In this document: positions 13,331-27,381 of the stretch, piece by piece | Layout: each line of letters starts with the position of its first letter | How positions within the stretch are numbered: the first letter of the stretch is position 1 | Assembly (NCBI GenBank): GCA_977017645.1 | Contig: OZ360241.1 | Coordinates: 28,892,001 to 28,956,000 of the forward strand | Direction: 5' to 3' | Length of the DNA: 64,000 nucleotides | Origin: Torpedo marmorata | Taxonomy: Eukaryota | Program-made: the position numbers and the translations under genes | The notes under the pieces: generated by a model | Databases searched by the model: none | What the model was told of the DNA's origin: nothing | The model's input: only the letters and a program-made list of their open reading frames with translations

Positions 13331-14455
13331 CAGGGATCACAACGACAATCTGTAATGACACGACAGTTGGATCAGGTGAATGAGTTTTGGAGGAGGTGTC
13401 TCCAAGAACATCCTAATCCTCCATAATGTTGCAGCCCAGCCCAGTCCATACGTGCTGAATAAAATTCCGAAATAATCACATCCACGTTCATTGGTAAGTG
13501 GCAAAAGGATCATTTAACACGCCTTTCTCCTGAGATCCCTCTCATCACAGAAATTCAGTTCATCCCACCTGATATCACGAAACAGATGAGAGCTCTGGCT
13601 ACTGCAGAGACTCTGGGAGCTGAGACATCGTACTGATGACTTACACTACAGACCGAGCTGCTCGTCTACCAAGCAGTTCCAAAGCCTGATCAAAAGTGTG
13701 ATCCACACAACAGGATGCAAAATTGACCAGAAATTTCCTGTGCACAAAAATCAGGACAAATTCAACCTGGCTAATTATTGTTCATTCCTCAATAACGTGA
13801 TGCGAGCTGTTGTCAAAAGTGCTCCCAACTGGCAGTTACACAACAGTGACTGTCTCAGTGATGCCCAAGTTGAAATTCCTCTGGATCACTTGCTCCAGAC
13901 CTCATCAAAACCCTTATCACAACATGGATCAAACCGCTGAATTCCAGAGTCCAACGTTGTTCTTAAACCAAATGGAAACAATGTTTTATTTTAAATTTAG
14001 AGCTCAATTCTATGATGACGAGTCATGAGCTGACAGCTGCAGTTACTCAGTCTTTTATGCTGAAACAGATCTTGGGAAGACAAATTCTAAACGCTTTCCA
14101 CTGTCATTCAAAAAAGACATTAAGTCAATTTCAAACATTGCAAATCATTTCAAACATTTATAACTCATCAATCCTTATTGTTGAACTCTCAGAACTTTTT
14201 ATAACTTTCGAAACGTACCGGGGGTGTAGGTCAATTGTGTGTAATTGGGCAGCATGGGCTCGTGGTCCAAAATGGCCTGTTATCATGCTGTATGTCTAAA
14301 AAAAACCGGATTATCAATTGGAAGTGGAAAAAGCATATTCAATATCAGGACGAGACTTTCGGAGATAAAATATTCTCATCAAGGAAGACAATATTTGTGA
14401 TTACACTGATCTGTCCGGAATTACTTCACAAAGTAGTCATTGAGAATGAGAGACA

Positions 14456-15192
14456 ATTATATTTAACACCAAAAAAATTAAAGACATTTAATCCGACATT
14501 ATTAGATTTGTGTTTTAGATGTAAGAGTGAAGTAAGTTCTTTTGTTCACACTACATGGTTATGTCCAAAAATTCAAGATTTTTGGTTGAAAGTTAAGAAT
14601 TTTTTAGATAGAGTTTTTAATGTTATGTTTCCAATGGATCCTATGCTATTTTTATTTGGAGATATTAGAAAATTTAGTATTAGGAATAGATTGAATATGT
14701 ATCAGGTAGAATTTTTATGAATTGCTTTAGCTGTTTCAAAAAAATGCATTGCTATTACTTGGAAATCAGATTTAGATTTAAGTTTAGATAGGTGGCATGC
14801 AGAACTTCGTTCGTGTATTCCACTGGAAAAGATTACTTATAATTTACGTAATAAGTATCATTCTTTTTTGAAAATTTGGAGCCCATATATGAGAGTTATG
14901 GGTTTAATGATTTGAAATCTCTAGATATCAGGTCTACTGGCGAGTTTAACCTCCATGATAAAATTAGTTTGTAGATGGTTCTCCCCTGACTATTAATCTA
15001 TCTTTTTCTTCTTTCTTTTTTACTATACTTTTTTTAATTATTATTTTTTAGAATAGTGGGGATGGGGGGGTTTGGGAAGGGAGGGTGGGTATGGGGGGAG
15101 GAAATATATATCACATATATTTTGAAAGTTATATATTTTGATTTATGTATTTTGTGATTTAAAAATTTAAATAAAATAATAAATAAAAAAAA
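14456..15192 (+). mobile_element. 5'-truncated L1-type LINE 3' end
   Basis: QLYLTPKKLK..CFRCK..HTTWLCPK (CCHC), AATAAA and polyA, and TSD GAGAATGAGAGACA at 14442-14455 and 15193-15206. Confidence 0.9.
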
Positions 15193-16904
15193 GAGAATGA
15201 GAGACATTTAATAAGTGGGAATCTTGTACCTGGAATTTGAGACACACAGTTTGGAGCTTGACCAGAATTGTAAAAACTGTATTGTGGAATTCAAGTCATA
15301 ATTTCTTCTAAAATTCATTCAGATAAAAACAAAGGAAATGGAAATGAGAAGGAAGCACTAAAATACATAGTTATAACGTGAAATAAACAAATCCCTTTGT
15401 GAGTTTTCTTTCATTGGAAACCTTAGTGTACAACAGTAAAATATTTAAAAATTTGACGAGCAACAGTGAAATAATTATTTAACACGTCAAAGAATAAAAG
15501 AAGAGGCAATAAGTTGATGGAAGCTGACAGAGCTCTCCTGCTCACAGCTCAATCACACAGGGAATCTGCCTCCTAAATTATGAGTCACTGCAACTTGTTT
15601 TCCCATTAAATTGCATCAGATCTTTCATTTTATCAGATTCAATTCCTTGTGACATAATTAGAATTAACTCAGTTTCCTTGCAGCCCAGAATATCAAACAC
15701 ACAACAGTCTTTTCACCATCTGTCTCTCTCACTATCTCTCTCTCTCGCTCTCGCTCTTCCTCTTTGAAAAATCAAATTGAATTAAACAGTTGTCAATTTT
15801 TTGCAATACTTTCAACTCACGGTTCATTTTCACTCCTGACTCTCAGGGGTGAAACAGGCAGTGCCGCTTCAATCCCAATCCTATATTTAAAGATGACTTT
15901 CAAACTTTTAAGCTTGACAACACTCCCACATCAGCCAGAGCCACAGCAGCTTCCAAGCTTCCTCACATTCTAATTCCTACTTCCCCAACCCCTCATCCTT
16001 CTATCATTGTGTTCTGTGGACTTTCCAGGGAAGCGCTCGAGTTCCTAGATCACCTTGTTTGGTGCCTCGATCAGGTCCTCGGGGCCTTGAGAGAGGGTCA
16101 GTTTGGCCATGACTCCCTTTCCCTTTTGATGGGTTTTTTGCCATTTGCTTCTCATGGCCCTTTCTCCCCAGCAAGAGCATTGCCCACGGCCGATGCTTTT
16201 ACTCTAACATACTTTATCCTCTGTGCCGGCAGCTCTTTGCTGCTCGCCCTCCACCTCACACCCCCTACACATGGGTTTCCCAGGAGACAGTGGTTGCTCC
16301 TATGAACTCTCCCACATGAAAACACAAACTTATTTTCTTTGACTTCAAGCATTCAAAATAATTGCTCATCTCAGGGTCAAATTCCAGAATATGGAATCAT
16401 AGGTTTAGCAATTTAATACTCTGATATAAAGCAGGTCTTTGCTGTTGAGCTCGACGATCCATGTAATGTGAAGGTGCTGGAGAATATGTCAGGGGTGTTA
16501 AATATGTTAACCAGTATCTGAGGCATTTTATTCTCCCACCTGACACCAAGGCAAAACAGTCCAAGTTTTACTTTATTGATTAATTCTGTTGCTGTTTGAC
16601 TTGGATCATTTGTTTGACCAAATTAACGTGATCTTTAGTCTATATTATTGTTGCGCTCTTGTCGGCTCTCCTACCCTTCAGCCTCCACAGTTCTGATCTG
16701 CCCATTACGTTGCTTGTCCTGGACCGACCATGTAACGGGTCTCATTGCTGTTGGTTGATCTGTGGGATATGGCCTGATTTAGGCTACAGTTACTCTTCCT
16801 TGAGAGTCAGTCACTTTATCACCTTTGCATCAGATTAGTCTGTTGTCAGTCTCTCCATAAAGAAGATGAAATAAGCTCTCCATGTTGTGTGAGGGTGTGC
16901 TGTC

Positions 16905-17190
16905 TCAGAAACTGCACAGGCTTATCCTTGTTCTTGGCCAATGCAATGAGATCGTGGTCCAGGTGTCCAGGGATACAAATCAGAACACAGCCAGGATTTC
17001 CATTTTCCTGCTCACCATCAGTGTCCCTGAATGCTGTGTGTGGGAAGAGGGCAGCAGTGGGATCGGCTGGTTTCACTTGAACCTGTCTGTCCACACTCAC
17101 TCTCTGGCTTCCCACTGCAGGAGTGGCCTCTGGGTCAATGGGACTGATGCTGCAGATGCACAGACCAGGCTGATTCACAGATTTCAGAAA
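16905..17190 (-). pseudogene. Putative highly degenerate Ig V-like exon relic
   Basis: Clear nucleotide homology to 42604-42758. One frame reads ..SVPLTQRP..; another reads QENGNPGCVL (FR2-like) and KDKPVQF (DxAVYF-like). Stops are present and no RSS is recognisable. Confidence 0.3.
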
Positions 17191-17330
17191 CTGAGATGAT
17201 TTCATGAAATAAAAGATGAAAACTAACATCATAAGAATAAAATCAAACAGAGGGTCTGTTTAACGTTGGGTGGGTGTGAAGTGGGTGACATTGAATTGAA
17301 GTCCCATTCCACATCTCCCTTCATTTTCTT

Positions 17331-17723
17331 CTCTTTCTTTTTAAAATATTTTTATTGAGTTTAACATATAAACAAACATACAAGAAAAAATAATGAAAAC
17401 ATATAATCATACAAATTCAAAGGAAAAACAAGCAAATGAAGTTACATTAACCAGTTCCCAAGTTTAAATATAGAAGAAGTTATGAATATTTTATAAATTC
17501 ATGTTAAAACTCATGTTCCAAATTATTGACTAAAATATGAAACGTAAAATAAGATTACAAAAAAAAAATTCTAAAGGCTAATTCTAATCTAACCCCTCCC
17601 TCTATAAAATGTTACCTTTATAACAAAGAGAAAAGAGAAAATGGATCAGATAGCGATCTCCAGATCTCGGTCAGAGAATCCTCGGAACATTCACGTTTAC
17701 TAATGCTTCCAATCATGATAGTA
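17331..17723 (-). mobile_element. LINE (probably L1-type) 3' UTR fragment
   Basis: T-rich left end with TTTATT, and TSD TTCATTTTCTT at 17320-17330 and 17724-17734. Absent from the paralogous copies. Confidence 0.7.
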
Positions 17724-19610
17724 TTCATTTTCTTATTCCTTTGATTTTAGTGGAAAGCAAAACAAGTTTTGCCAATGTAATGGGGGTGATCTCAACGAAA
17801 CCCGTTTATACCAGTGGCCCTGATGAACATTCCCTCACCCAGAATTCAGTAACTATATCAGTGGGGTGAAGTTCTTCCAACATTGCTGAACTTCTGAAGC
17901 AATTCTTGTTCTGTAAACTTAAAGAGAGCACTGGAGATAATGCCCCTTTACATAGACACTGCAGCACAGCACAGGCCCTTCAACCCACGATGTTTTGCCG
18001 ACCTATGTAAACCACTACTATCTAATTTTTCTCCACCTTACATGCATAAAGCTCTTTTTTGCTGATATCCATGTGCCTATCTAAGAGTCTGTAAACAGTC
18101 AAGTGCCTGATAGATATAAGACTCCCATCTTAGGTATAACAGAACCTCTGATATTTGGGTAATGTGTTATAAAAGGCAGATCTGAACGTCTTGTCTCAGT
18201 TCAGGACAGTCCCTCTCCTTAAAATAACAGCTTGTTTCCTGCTGGGGCCACAGATGTTTGTTATTTTCACACGCAGGCAGAAGGTGATTTGAACATTTTT
18301 AGAATTACAAGGCAATAACAAATTACAAAATTGGGGCATTAAAAATGTTTGCTGCTCCCACATTTACACAGCTCAATAATGTCCAATATACCATGGAGTT
18401 TCTTCTCACTGGATTAGGTCAGAATCCTCCTCCATTTAGAATTTAGTCCAGCTTGACAAAGTTTATCAGAAATATTGTAAACTGAGTGAAGCAGTACCAA
18501 GTCTCTGCAACCTTGCCCCAAGCCATCCACTTTCTGTTTTGAAATGAGTGCAGTTGGCTTCCAATGTCCTCGTTTTATTTGAAATTTAACTCTCATGATA
18601 AATGTTATTCATTAACAGAGGATACATCATTCACATTCTGCTGTACGTTGATTACAAGTTGGAATATTATAGTGAGATGGCATTACTACCTCAGTACAAT
18701 CTATAATGTCAGTCTCCATAGGGGAAGCAGGTTGATTCAAGTTCAAACACTGGGAGTAAACACACAGTAATGTTGCATAAACTGAAGGGTTCACTTCCAT
18801 TGTGCCTCAAGTCTCCATCTAAATATTCTGCAGTGAGCATTTTGGTGAAAGGAGAATGTTTTAATCAGTTTCTCTGGTGAACAGATGTTAATAACATGAC
18901 TTGACTTGTGCATCCTTGTCCTCTGGATTAGATTCTCTACAAATGAGAGATTCACAGGGGAGGAGCATTGGATGTGATTGCAGTATAACAGTTGTTTATT
19001 GGAATTGGGACCTGCCATTTTAACTTAGTGACTGGACAGAGCACAATCAATGCTGGAAACTGAAGAATATACACAAATATTTACCTTACCAATGCTCCAA
19101 ATGCTGAACATTTTTAACTGGAAGAGAATTGCCAGCAATGGAATCACTGTCTCAGCATCACAGTTCCACATCAAGTGGTGAAGGTCACAGAATAACAGAA
19201 TGGTTACCTCACCGAAGGAGGCCATTCTGCCTGTATCTCCATACCAGCCTGATATCCCTCACCAAGTTATTAGCAATTAAGAGCACCTCAGCACCAGTCC
19301 CCTGTCCTCTTTCCCACAGTGATGAATCTCCCTGCATTAATACCCCAGGCAGTGCATTCCAATCTCTCACCACTCACTGTGTAAGGAGGTTTTCCTTCAT
19401 GTTACGTTGCCCATTCTCTTTTATTCCATGTTCCCTGGTTCTTGAACCTCCCCCAATGAAACTATACAGTAGCTCTCTTCCTACTCTATCTGGTCACTCT
19501 ATTATTTTAAATCCAACTATAATATCTCCTTGCCAACTCCTCCTTTCTGAGAAGAACAATGGCAGTTTCTCCTGTCCATCAACACCAACAAGTAAACTCA
19601 ATTTTTAGAT

Positions 19611-20085
19611 TTTTTGGGGGGAATATTTTATTTAAATTTTAAGAAAAAACAGAATATAGGACTCAATTAATATAATAACAATAATACATTAAATATAAAA
19701 TCATAGAAAAACCTTCATAAGGTCTGAAAATAAATAAAAAGGAAAGAAGAGTCCCTCTTCTCCCAGTGCCCCCTCCCCAGATTCGAAAGAAAAGGGGACA
19801 GACAGCAGGGATAGAGGGAGATAAAAAGAAAGAAAATAGAAAAGAAAAAGCAGCAGGAGCAAGGTTCAACATCTCAGAGTCACATCATTTTAGAAGTATT
19901 ACATTTCTAATCAGGAGTATACAAATTGACAAATATCAAAATAAATTATACAATCTGGGCATCTCAGGTTGCCAAATTTTGACGAACATACTATATCTAT
20001 TCCTAAGTATAAATAATCTTCTCAAGGGGAATACAACTTTGCACTTCCATGTTCCAACGATCAATGTGAAGTAGGGAATCCGATT
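19611..20085 (-). mobile_element. L1-type LINE 3' end
   Basis: The minus strand encodes IPLEKIIYT..KIWQP, and the TSD CTCAATTTTTAGAT is at 19597-19610 and 20086-20099. Confidence 0.8.
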
Positions 20086-20129
20086 CTCAATTTTTAGATA
20101 TTGATTTCCCTGTCACACCTCTCACAGTG

Positions 20130-21130
20130 CTGTAAGTTATAGAGATCCTGGCTTTAGGCTCAATGACAATGAAGGTCCATTGACATATTTTTACGTCAGG
20201 ATAGTGTGTGACTTGAGATTCATCCGACTGATTATGGTAGTCACATACATGTTATGGCCTTGTTTTTATGGTACCACAGGACTGGGTGGAGCTTTGGAGA
20301 AGCCTGGAAAAGTAACTGCAGAGCCATTTTCTAATTGGAACACTCTGCAGGCACTGTACACCAGTGGTGGATAAATTAATATTCAGGGTGGTGGATAAGG
20401 TGCCAGTCAATTGGCTGCCTTTTCCTTGACGGTGTTGAAGACTGTTGTTCGAGCTGTACTCATACAGACAAGAGGAGAGTGTTCCATCATGCACTTGAAA
20501 TCATGCAAGGATATGTTGGAATGGCTTTGTGTTATCGGGAGGGGAGTCATTCATCTCAGCACACCCGGCATTTTACTTGCTCTCATTACTGTAGCATTCA
20601 TATTTCTGGTCCAGTTGAATTTATGGTCAATGGTGATTTCCAGAACCTTGGCAGAGGAAAGCTAAATCATGTGATGGGAGTGAATGAAAATTGTCAGTGG
20701 TTTGTCACAGTTTTATTTGTCTTGATCCTTGTCTGGCAATTCTGTTAATGGCCACTTATCAGCCCTGTCTGAATGTAGTCTCTGCCTTGCTGCATGAGTT
20801 TTGATCAAGGGTTGCAATCAATGAACAACCCCACTTCTGATCTTCTGATGGAAGGTAGATCCTTGATGAAGGAGGTGAAGATGCTTGGTTTCAGGGCACT
20901 GCCCAAAGGAACACTTGCAGTGATGTGCTGGGACTGGGCTGATTGACATGCAACAACCACAACATTCTTTGAGTGAGGGATGATTCCACCCATTGGTGTC
21001 TTCTCACTTGATACCAGTTCGCTCTAGTGTTGCCAGGTCTCCTTGGTGTCCCACTTGGTCAAATGCTTCCTTGAAGTCAAGGGCAGCCACTCTCATCTCA
21101 TCATTAGAATTTAGCTCTTTGGTTTTGAAG
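20130..21130 (-). mobile_element. Old LINE RT fragment (CR1/L2-like)
   Basis: ORF 20805..20993 ITASVPLGSALKPSIFTSFIKDLPS resembles the GVPQGSVLGPTIFSCFINDLPS RT motif. Confidence 0.65.
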
Positions 21131-21770
21131 AAAAGCTGTAATCAGTCATTGAGATCTGGGTCTGAAGGGCACAATCACCGGTTTTACAGCCCACTCCGTT
21201 CATGCTGACCACGGCACTTATCAATGTTAGTCCCATTTCCCACATTTGGCCTTGTTAACAATACATCTTCTCCAGTTGCTTCTGAAATGTTGTGAAATTA
21301 CCTCCCTCTACCATCTCCTCAGGCAGTTCCTTCCAGAAGCCAACCAATCATTTTGTCCAATATTTATCCTCTGATCACCCCTAAACCTCCCACCTCTAAT
21401 CTTCCAACCCCACCTTCTTGTTTCAGACTCCCACCCACCATAAGAGCTATATTCCTCATCATTCTTAAATATTTATCTTGTCAATCCTCAACTTCCTGTC
21501 TAACATATTTTTATTTTTGAAATCTTCTAATCCAAGCAACATCCTTGTGAATTTCCTCTACACTCTCTCAAAAACAATCACATTCTTTAATAATGTGGCA
21601 ACTGAAAGTGCACATAATACTCCAGGTGTGGCCAAACCAAAGTTTGACAAAGTTGTAACGTGATATATTTATTCTTTGCCATGCGTAATGAAGGAAAGCA
21701 TCCCATATGCCTTCTTCACCACCCATCCAACTTTGGTACCATTTTTAGGGATCTTTAGATTGCTATCCTG

Positions 21771-24700
21771 TAAATTGGAAGAGCAACACCTAATTTCCAT
21801 CTCAGCACTCCCCAGCTGGATGGTGTTAACTAGACTTTTCCGGTTTCTGCTAGCCTTCTCCTCATTCTTCCTCTCTCTTCTCCATCCCTCTGTCTTCTTT
21901 GCTCCAGCTCTCCACCCCCTTGCCTCTCCATTCACAGAGCCATCCCCCTCCCCTTGTTTGCTGGTGCACCCACACTTATCCATCTATTACCTCCTGCCTG
22001 TGGGACTTTACTCCTTTCCCTGCCCCTCCCCCACCCACCATTTTGTTCGGGTGCCTGCTCACATTTTGTCCATACCTTGATGAAGGGCTCAAGTCCAAAA
22101 CCTTGGTTATGTGTCTTTATCTATTTAAAGTACACTTTTTGACCTGCTGAGCTTCTCCAGCATTGTGTTTTTACTTCAACCAGTGTCTGCAGACTTTTGT
22201 GTTTTAGTTCTGTCCACTGCAAAACTCTGTGAAATCTCTTTGAGGGATGCCTACCCTGAAGAAGTTCTCCTTTCTTCTCCAAAGGGAGTTCTGTGGGATT
22301 CTCTTTAACAGTTCCCCATCTGTAATCCCAGTTGTTCTGAAGCTCTTTGACCGTGTAATCACCCAGATTCACTTCCACAGCCACATTGCCTCCCTCTCTC
22401 AATGCCTCCGCTGCCATCTTGTGCCTTGTGGCTTCCAGCTCTGGATCTAGGCCTCCCAGTTTGGCCCCTGCAAGGATCTGTGGTACCTACACAGCATTGA
22501 CTGCTGCTCTCTTCTCTTCAATCGACGTATTCTACGGACCACCCTCGCCTCGATGCGAAGGTATCAGCGGCACCTCACCTTTTCACTGTCACAGCTCAGA
22601 ACCTCGCTGGCCAGGGCCTCCTCACACATGACCCCCGGGGATTTCTCCTGCTTTGTATCATCAACCTTGACGTGATGCATTGCTGGCGACAGGCATGCGC
22701 GTTTCCCTGGTGCTTCCACTGGCAGAGCGTTTGCAACTGCATGGGGGATTATGGGTAACGAAGACGGCCATTGATCCCGCTGAGACGCTAGACACTAGTG
22801 ACGCTCGGCTGCAGGTCACAATTCCTCATTTGGGAGGGCAATGTCCGCGAGCGGGTGGGGGGGGGGTAGTCACAATACCTCGTTTGGGGGGGGGCAATGC
22901 CCGCGAATGCCTCCCCTTGGTGCTGACCCTGCTCAGCTGTGAACTCTCGCCAAGGCCCCGGCCACAAACCCTATGGAGCTCCCGTTGCCTCCAACATCGA
23001 CTCTCACCTCAGCCTCAGCCGCCCGCAGCTCCTGACGACCAAGACACTGACCGCGGTCACGACCTCCCCCGCTCCACGCAGGCTAACCCTGCTGCTGGAT
23101 CCCACAGACACATTATCCCCCCTGCCACCACCCCTTACTCTTCCCTTTCCCCCTGCATCTCACCCTACCTCTACCCCATCTCCCCTTCTGGGCTCCCCAT
23201 TTCTCCCAACCACGCAACCCTCAGACCCTCTCATCTCCTTCCCTACTCTCTTGTGATCCCCTACCCTCCACCTCCACATCTAACCTCCCCCAGCTAACAT
23301 CTTCACACTTTGACCTCCCTAACCCTCCACCTCCCCCAACACCCTCCACCACACTGACTCCCACTCTGACCCCTGCTTGGTCTTTACCATCCCCTCTGAC
23401 CCCCTCTCTGAGACAGAATGCTCTGTCATCAGTAGAGGCCTTACCTACGTCCCCCTCCGTCCGCACATTAATAAGTTCCACACACGCCACAATGCCAAAC
23501 ACTTCTTCCGTAGCGTCCGTCTCCATGCCCACTTCCTCGACCATGACAATCTACCCCCGACTCAAAACCCTTTCTCCTGCTTTAATCTTCACCCGCCACT
23601 TGGACACCTCATCCTGGCCAGCTGCCCGCTCTGGATATTTTTATTTCAAATTGCCATAGTGACATCAACAGTCTCAACTTTAGTACTACCATCTCTTACA
23701 CTAATCTCACCTCCTCTAAAAGCTCTGCCTTCCACTCTCTCCGCAAAAATGCCAACCTCACTATCACACCCGCAGACAAGGATGGTGCTGTTGTCATTTT
23801 GCACACTGACCTCTACCTTGCCGAGGCCAGATGACAGCTCTCAGACACCTCCTCTTACTTAACCCATCTACAGGATGCCACCACAGAGCATCAAGACACC
23901 AGCTCCAGTACTATCACTAACCTCATCACCTCTGGTCACATCCCTCCCATGGCCTCCTACCTTATTGTTTGCCATCATTGCACTGCCCGTTTCTACCTGC
24001 TACCCAAGATACATAAACCCAATTATCCAGGCAGACCCATTGTTTCTGCATGCTCCTGCCCCACTGAACTTTTATCAACTTACCTCAACTCCATTTTGTC
24101 TCCCATGGTCCAATCCCTCCCCACCTACATCCACGATACTTCACATGCCCTCCTTCTCTTCAATGACCTCCTTTGACACATCCCATATTCTCCAAATCAA
24201 AGGAGTAGCCGCGGGTACCCGTATGGGTCAAAGCTATGCCTGCCTGTTTGTCGGCTTTGTGGAGCAATCCATGCTGCAAGCCTACACAGGCATGGCCCCT
24301 CAACGCTTCCTCTGCTATATTGATGACTACATCAGTGGTGCCTCATGCACCCATGATGAGCTCGTCAACATCATTCACTTTGCTTCCAACTTTCACCCCG
24401 ACCTAAAATTCACTTGGTCCATCTCTGTCAACACTCTCCTCTTTCTTGATCTCTCTGTTCCATCTCAGGAGACAGGATTTATATGGACATTTTTTACAAA
24501 CCCACTAACTCCCACAACTACCTCGACAATGCTTCTTCACACCCAGTCCCCTGAAAGGTTTCTATTCCTTTCTCAATTTCTCTTATCTCCGTGGTATCTG
24601 TTCCCAAGATGAGGTCTTCCTGTCCAGATCATCCGAAATGTCTTCCTTCTTCCAAAAACATGGCTTCCCCACCATCAACTCATGCCTTACCTACATCTCC

Positions 24701-25716
24701 TCCATTTCCCACTCATCTGCCCTGGCCCCCTCTACCGCCAGACATAAAAATAACAGGATTCCCCTTGTCCTCACCGATCACCTTATCGGCCTCCGAATTC
24801 AACACATTATCCTCCGTAATTTCTGCCACCTACAACATGATCCCACCACCAGACACATCTTCCCTCTCATCCCCTCTCTGCCTTCCAGAGGGATCCTTCC
24901 CTCTGTGACTCCCTTGTCCACTCATCTCTTCCTCTTAATTGCCCCCTTGTAACCTTCCCCTGCGGCTGCAGGGAGTGCCACACTTGCACCCACACCTCCT
25001 CACTCACCACCATTCAGGGCCCTAAACAATCCTTCCAAGTGAAACAACAATTCACGTGTATCCATGTGAGTCATTTCTGTGTCTGGAGCTCCCGTTGTGG
25101 CCTTCTCTACATCGGAGAGATTGGACGCAGACTGGGAGATCGCATCGCTGAGCACCTTCGCTCTGTCTGCATCAGTGATAGTGATCTCCCAGTGGCCAAC
25201 CATTTCAATTCTGCATCCCATACCCATGCTGACATGTCTGTCCATGGCCTCATGTATACTCAAACCAAGATGAATGCCTAATTTTCCGACTCGGCACTCT
25301 CCAGTTGGATGGCATCATCGATTTCTGCGAGCCTAATCCCCGTTCTTCCTCTTTCTTCTCCATCCCGCTGTCTTCTTTCCTCCAGCTCTCAACCCCCACG
25401 CCACCCCCCCCACCACCCCTCTCCATTCACAGAACCATCCCCACACTCCTTGTTTGCTGGTGTGCCCTTCCACCCTTACCCACCTATTACTTCCTGCCTG
25501 TGGGACTGTGCTCCTCCCTCTCCCCCTTCCATCCCAACATTTTGTTCGGGCACCTGCCCACATTCTGTCCATATCTTGATGAAGGGCTGAAGCCTGAAAC
25601 ATTGGTTACGTATCTTTATCTTTGCTATATAAAGTGCACTGTTTGACCTGCTGAGTTTCTCCAGCATTGTGTTTTTACTTCAACCACGATGTCTGCAGAC
25701 GTTCGTCTTTTACTGC
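21771..25716 (+). mobile_element. Penelope-like retroelement, near full length, degenerate, with terminal direct repeats
   Basis: RT motifs YLLPKIHK..GRPIVS, QIKGVAAGTRMG and YIDDY, plus GIY-YIG LLYIGEIGRRLGDRIAEH. Direct repeats at about 21771-22210 and 25280-25716. 12-bp TSD ATTGCTATCCTG at 21759-21770 and 25717-25728, inside an older minus-strand CR1. Confidence 0.9.
25575..25603 (+). ncRNA. Minimal hammerhead-ribozyme-like motif at the Penelope terminus
   Basis: CTTGATGA-AGGGCTGAAGCCT-GAAAC resembles CUGAUGA-stem II-GAAA, but with U in place of C3. Confidence 0.45.
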
Positions 25717-25910
25717 ATTGCTATCCTGAGTTTGTTCTATTCAACAACTCTCTGTGCAGCCCTTCCATTCACTGCATATTTCCAACCCTTATTTGAGCTT
25801 CTAGAAAACATAGCATTGCACTTTTGAAGATTATATTCCATTTACTATTGCTGTAACAAACTTTCCATTTGGAAAATATAACATTGTTGACAAAGACAAT
25901 TTTGGTGTCA

Positions 25911-26170
25911 TTTATTTTATTTAGACATACAGCATGGTAACAGGCCATTTCGGTCCACGAGTCCATGCCGCCCAATTTGCCCCCAATTAAGCTACACCCC
26001 CGGTACATTTTGAAGGTGGGAGGAAACCGGAGCCCCCGGAGAAAACCCACACAGACACGGGGAGGACGTACAAACTCCTTACAGATAGTGCAGGATTCGA
26101 ACCCCGGTCCAGTCCCGATCGCTAGCGCTGTAAAGGTGTTGCGCAAACTGCTATGCCAACCGTACCGCCC
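25911..26170 (-). mobile_element. tRNA-derived V-SINE (HE1-like)
   Basis: Homologous to 4513-4742, with B box GGTTCGAATCC. Confidence 0.85.
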
Positions 26171-27381
26171 TGCAATCTGTCATCTGCAAACCTGTCATCT
26201 GCAAACATATCCCCTACTTTCACATCCATGCTGTCAATGGCTATCAGATATATCAAGGTCCCAACAGCAGTCCTTGTGATACACCTTTTGTCACAAACTT
26301 CCATCAGAAAGTAAACATCCACCACTACCCTCTGCCTCCTGGTACCAAGCTCATTTTGGATCCAATTTGCCTCCTAGCCTTGGATCTCATGGTTGCTAAA
26401 CTTGTGGAGCCGGCCACCATGTGGGAGCAACGGCCTCACGAAAGCCCAAATAGACAACATCAACAAGAATACTGTCATAACTATACACTGAGTTACAACA
26501 TCAAGATACTCAATCACATTTGTGCGACAGGAGTTCCCACAAACATTGCCATGCTATCAATTCCTCATCAATCCCTGCCTTTCCAAGTGTAATCAAATCA
26601 GATTCCTTAGAATTTTTCCAACCACTGATGTAAGACTTCTGGCTGATACCAGCCACACTTCTTGAATCATGGAATCACCTTCGCTATCCTGCAGTCATCT
26701 GGCATCTCATCTTCGGCTAGCAAAATCCAATGATCCCCACAATCTCCTCTGAGACAGCCCACAGTAGCCTGGGATGCATCTCAGCAGGTCCTGGGGATTT
26801 AAACATACAGTACTTTTCTCTCCAAGACATCTCATATCCCATCTTTCTGAATGCCAATAGGCTCTCGAATATCACCGTTCCTCTCCCTGAACTCACCACC
26901 GAAAATGCCTTTCTCCATAGAGAATACAGATATGATGTATGCATTTAAAACGTCATCCACATCCCCTGACACCATGCACAGATTCCCTATTTGATTCTTA
27001 AAGCGGCGCATGCTCTCACTTTCTCCCATTTTTCTCTTGATGTATTTAGAAAATGCTTTGTGATTCTCCTTAAACTTACCTGCCAGTGATGTTGGATGTC
27101 AACATCTCTGAAGATGTATCCTGGGGCCTCCATGTTGATACAAATATGAAGAAGGCGCGCCAGTGAATATATTTTGTGAGGAGTTTAAGGAGATTTCGGA
27201 TGTCACCAAAGACACTTGCAAATTTCGACAGCTGTGACTCGTCACATCACTGTCTAGTGTGGAGGAACCAATGCACAGGACAGGAAAAGACTACAGAGAG
27301 TTGTGAACTCAGCCAGCACCCTCATGGGCATCAGTCTTCCCTCCATTAAGGACATCTGCATGAGGCAGTGTCTCAAGAAAA

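Noticed and set aside
13330-13500. Possible retroviral env transmembrane remnant (minus strand)
   Set aside because: The resemblance is vague and short, with stops; it cannot be supported without a search.
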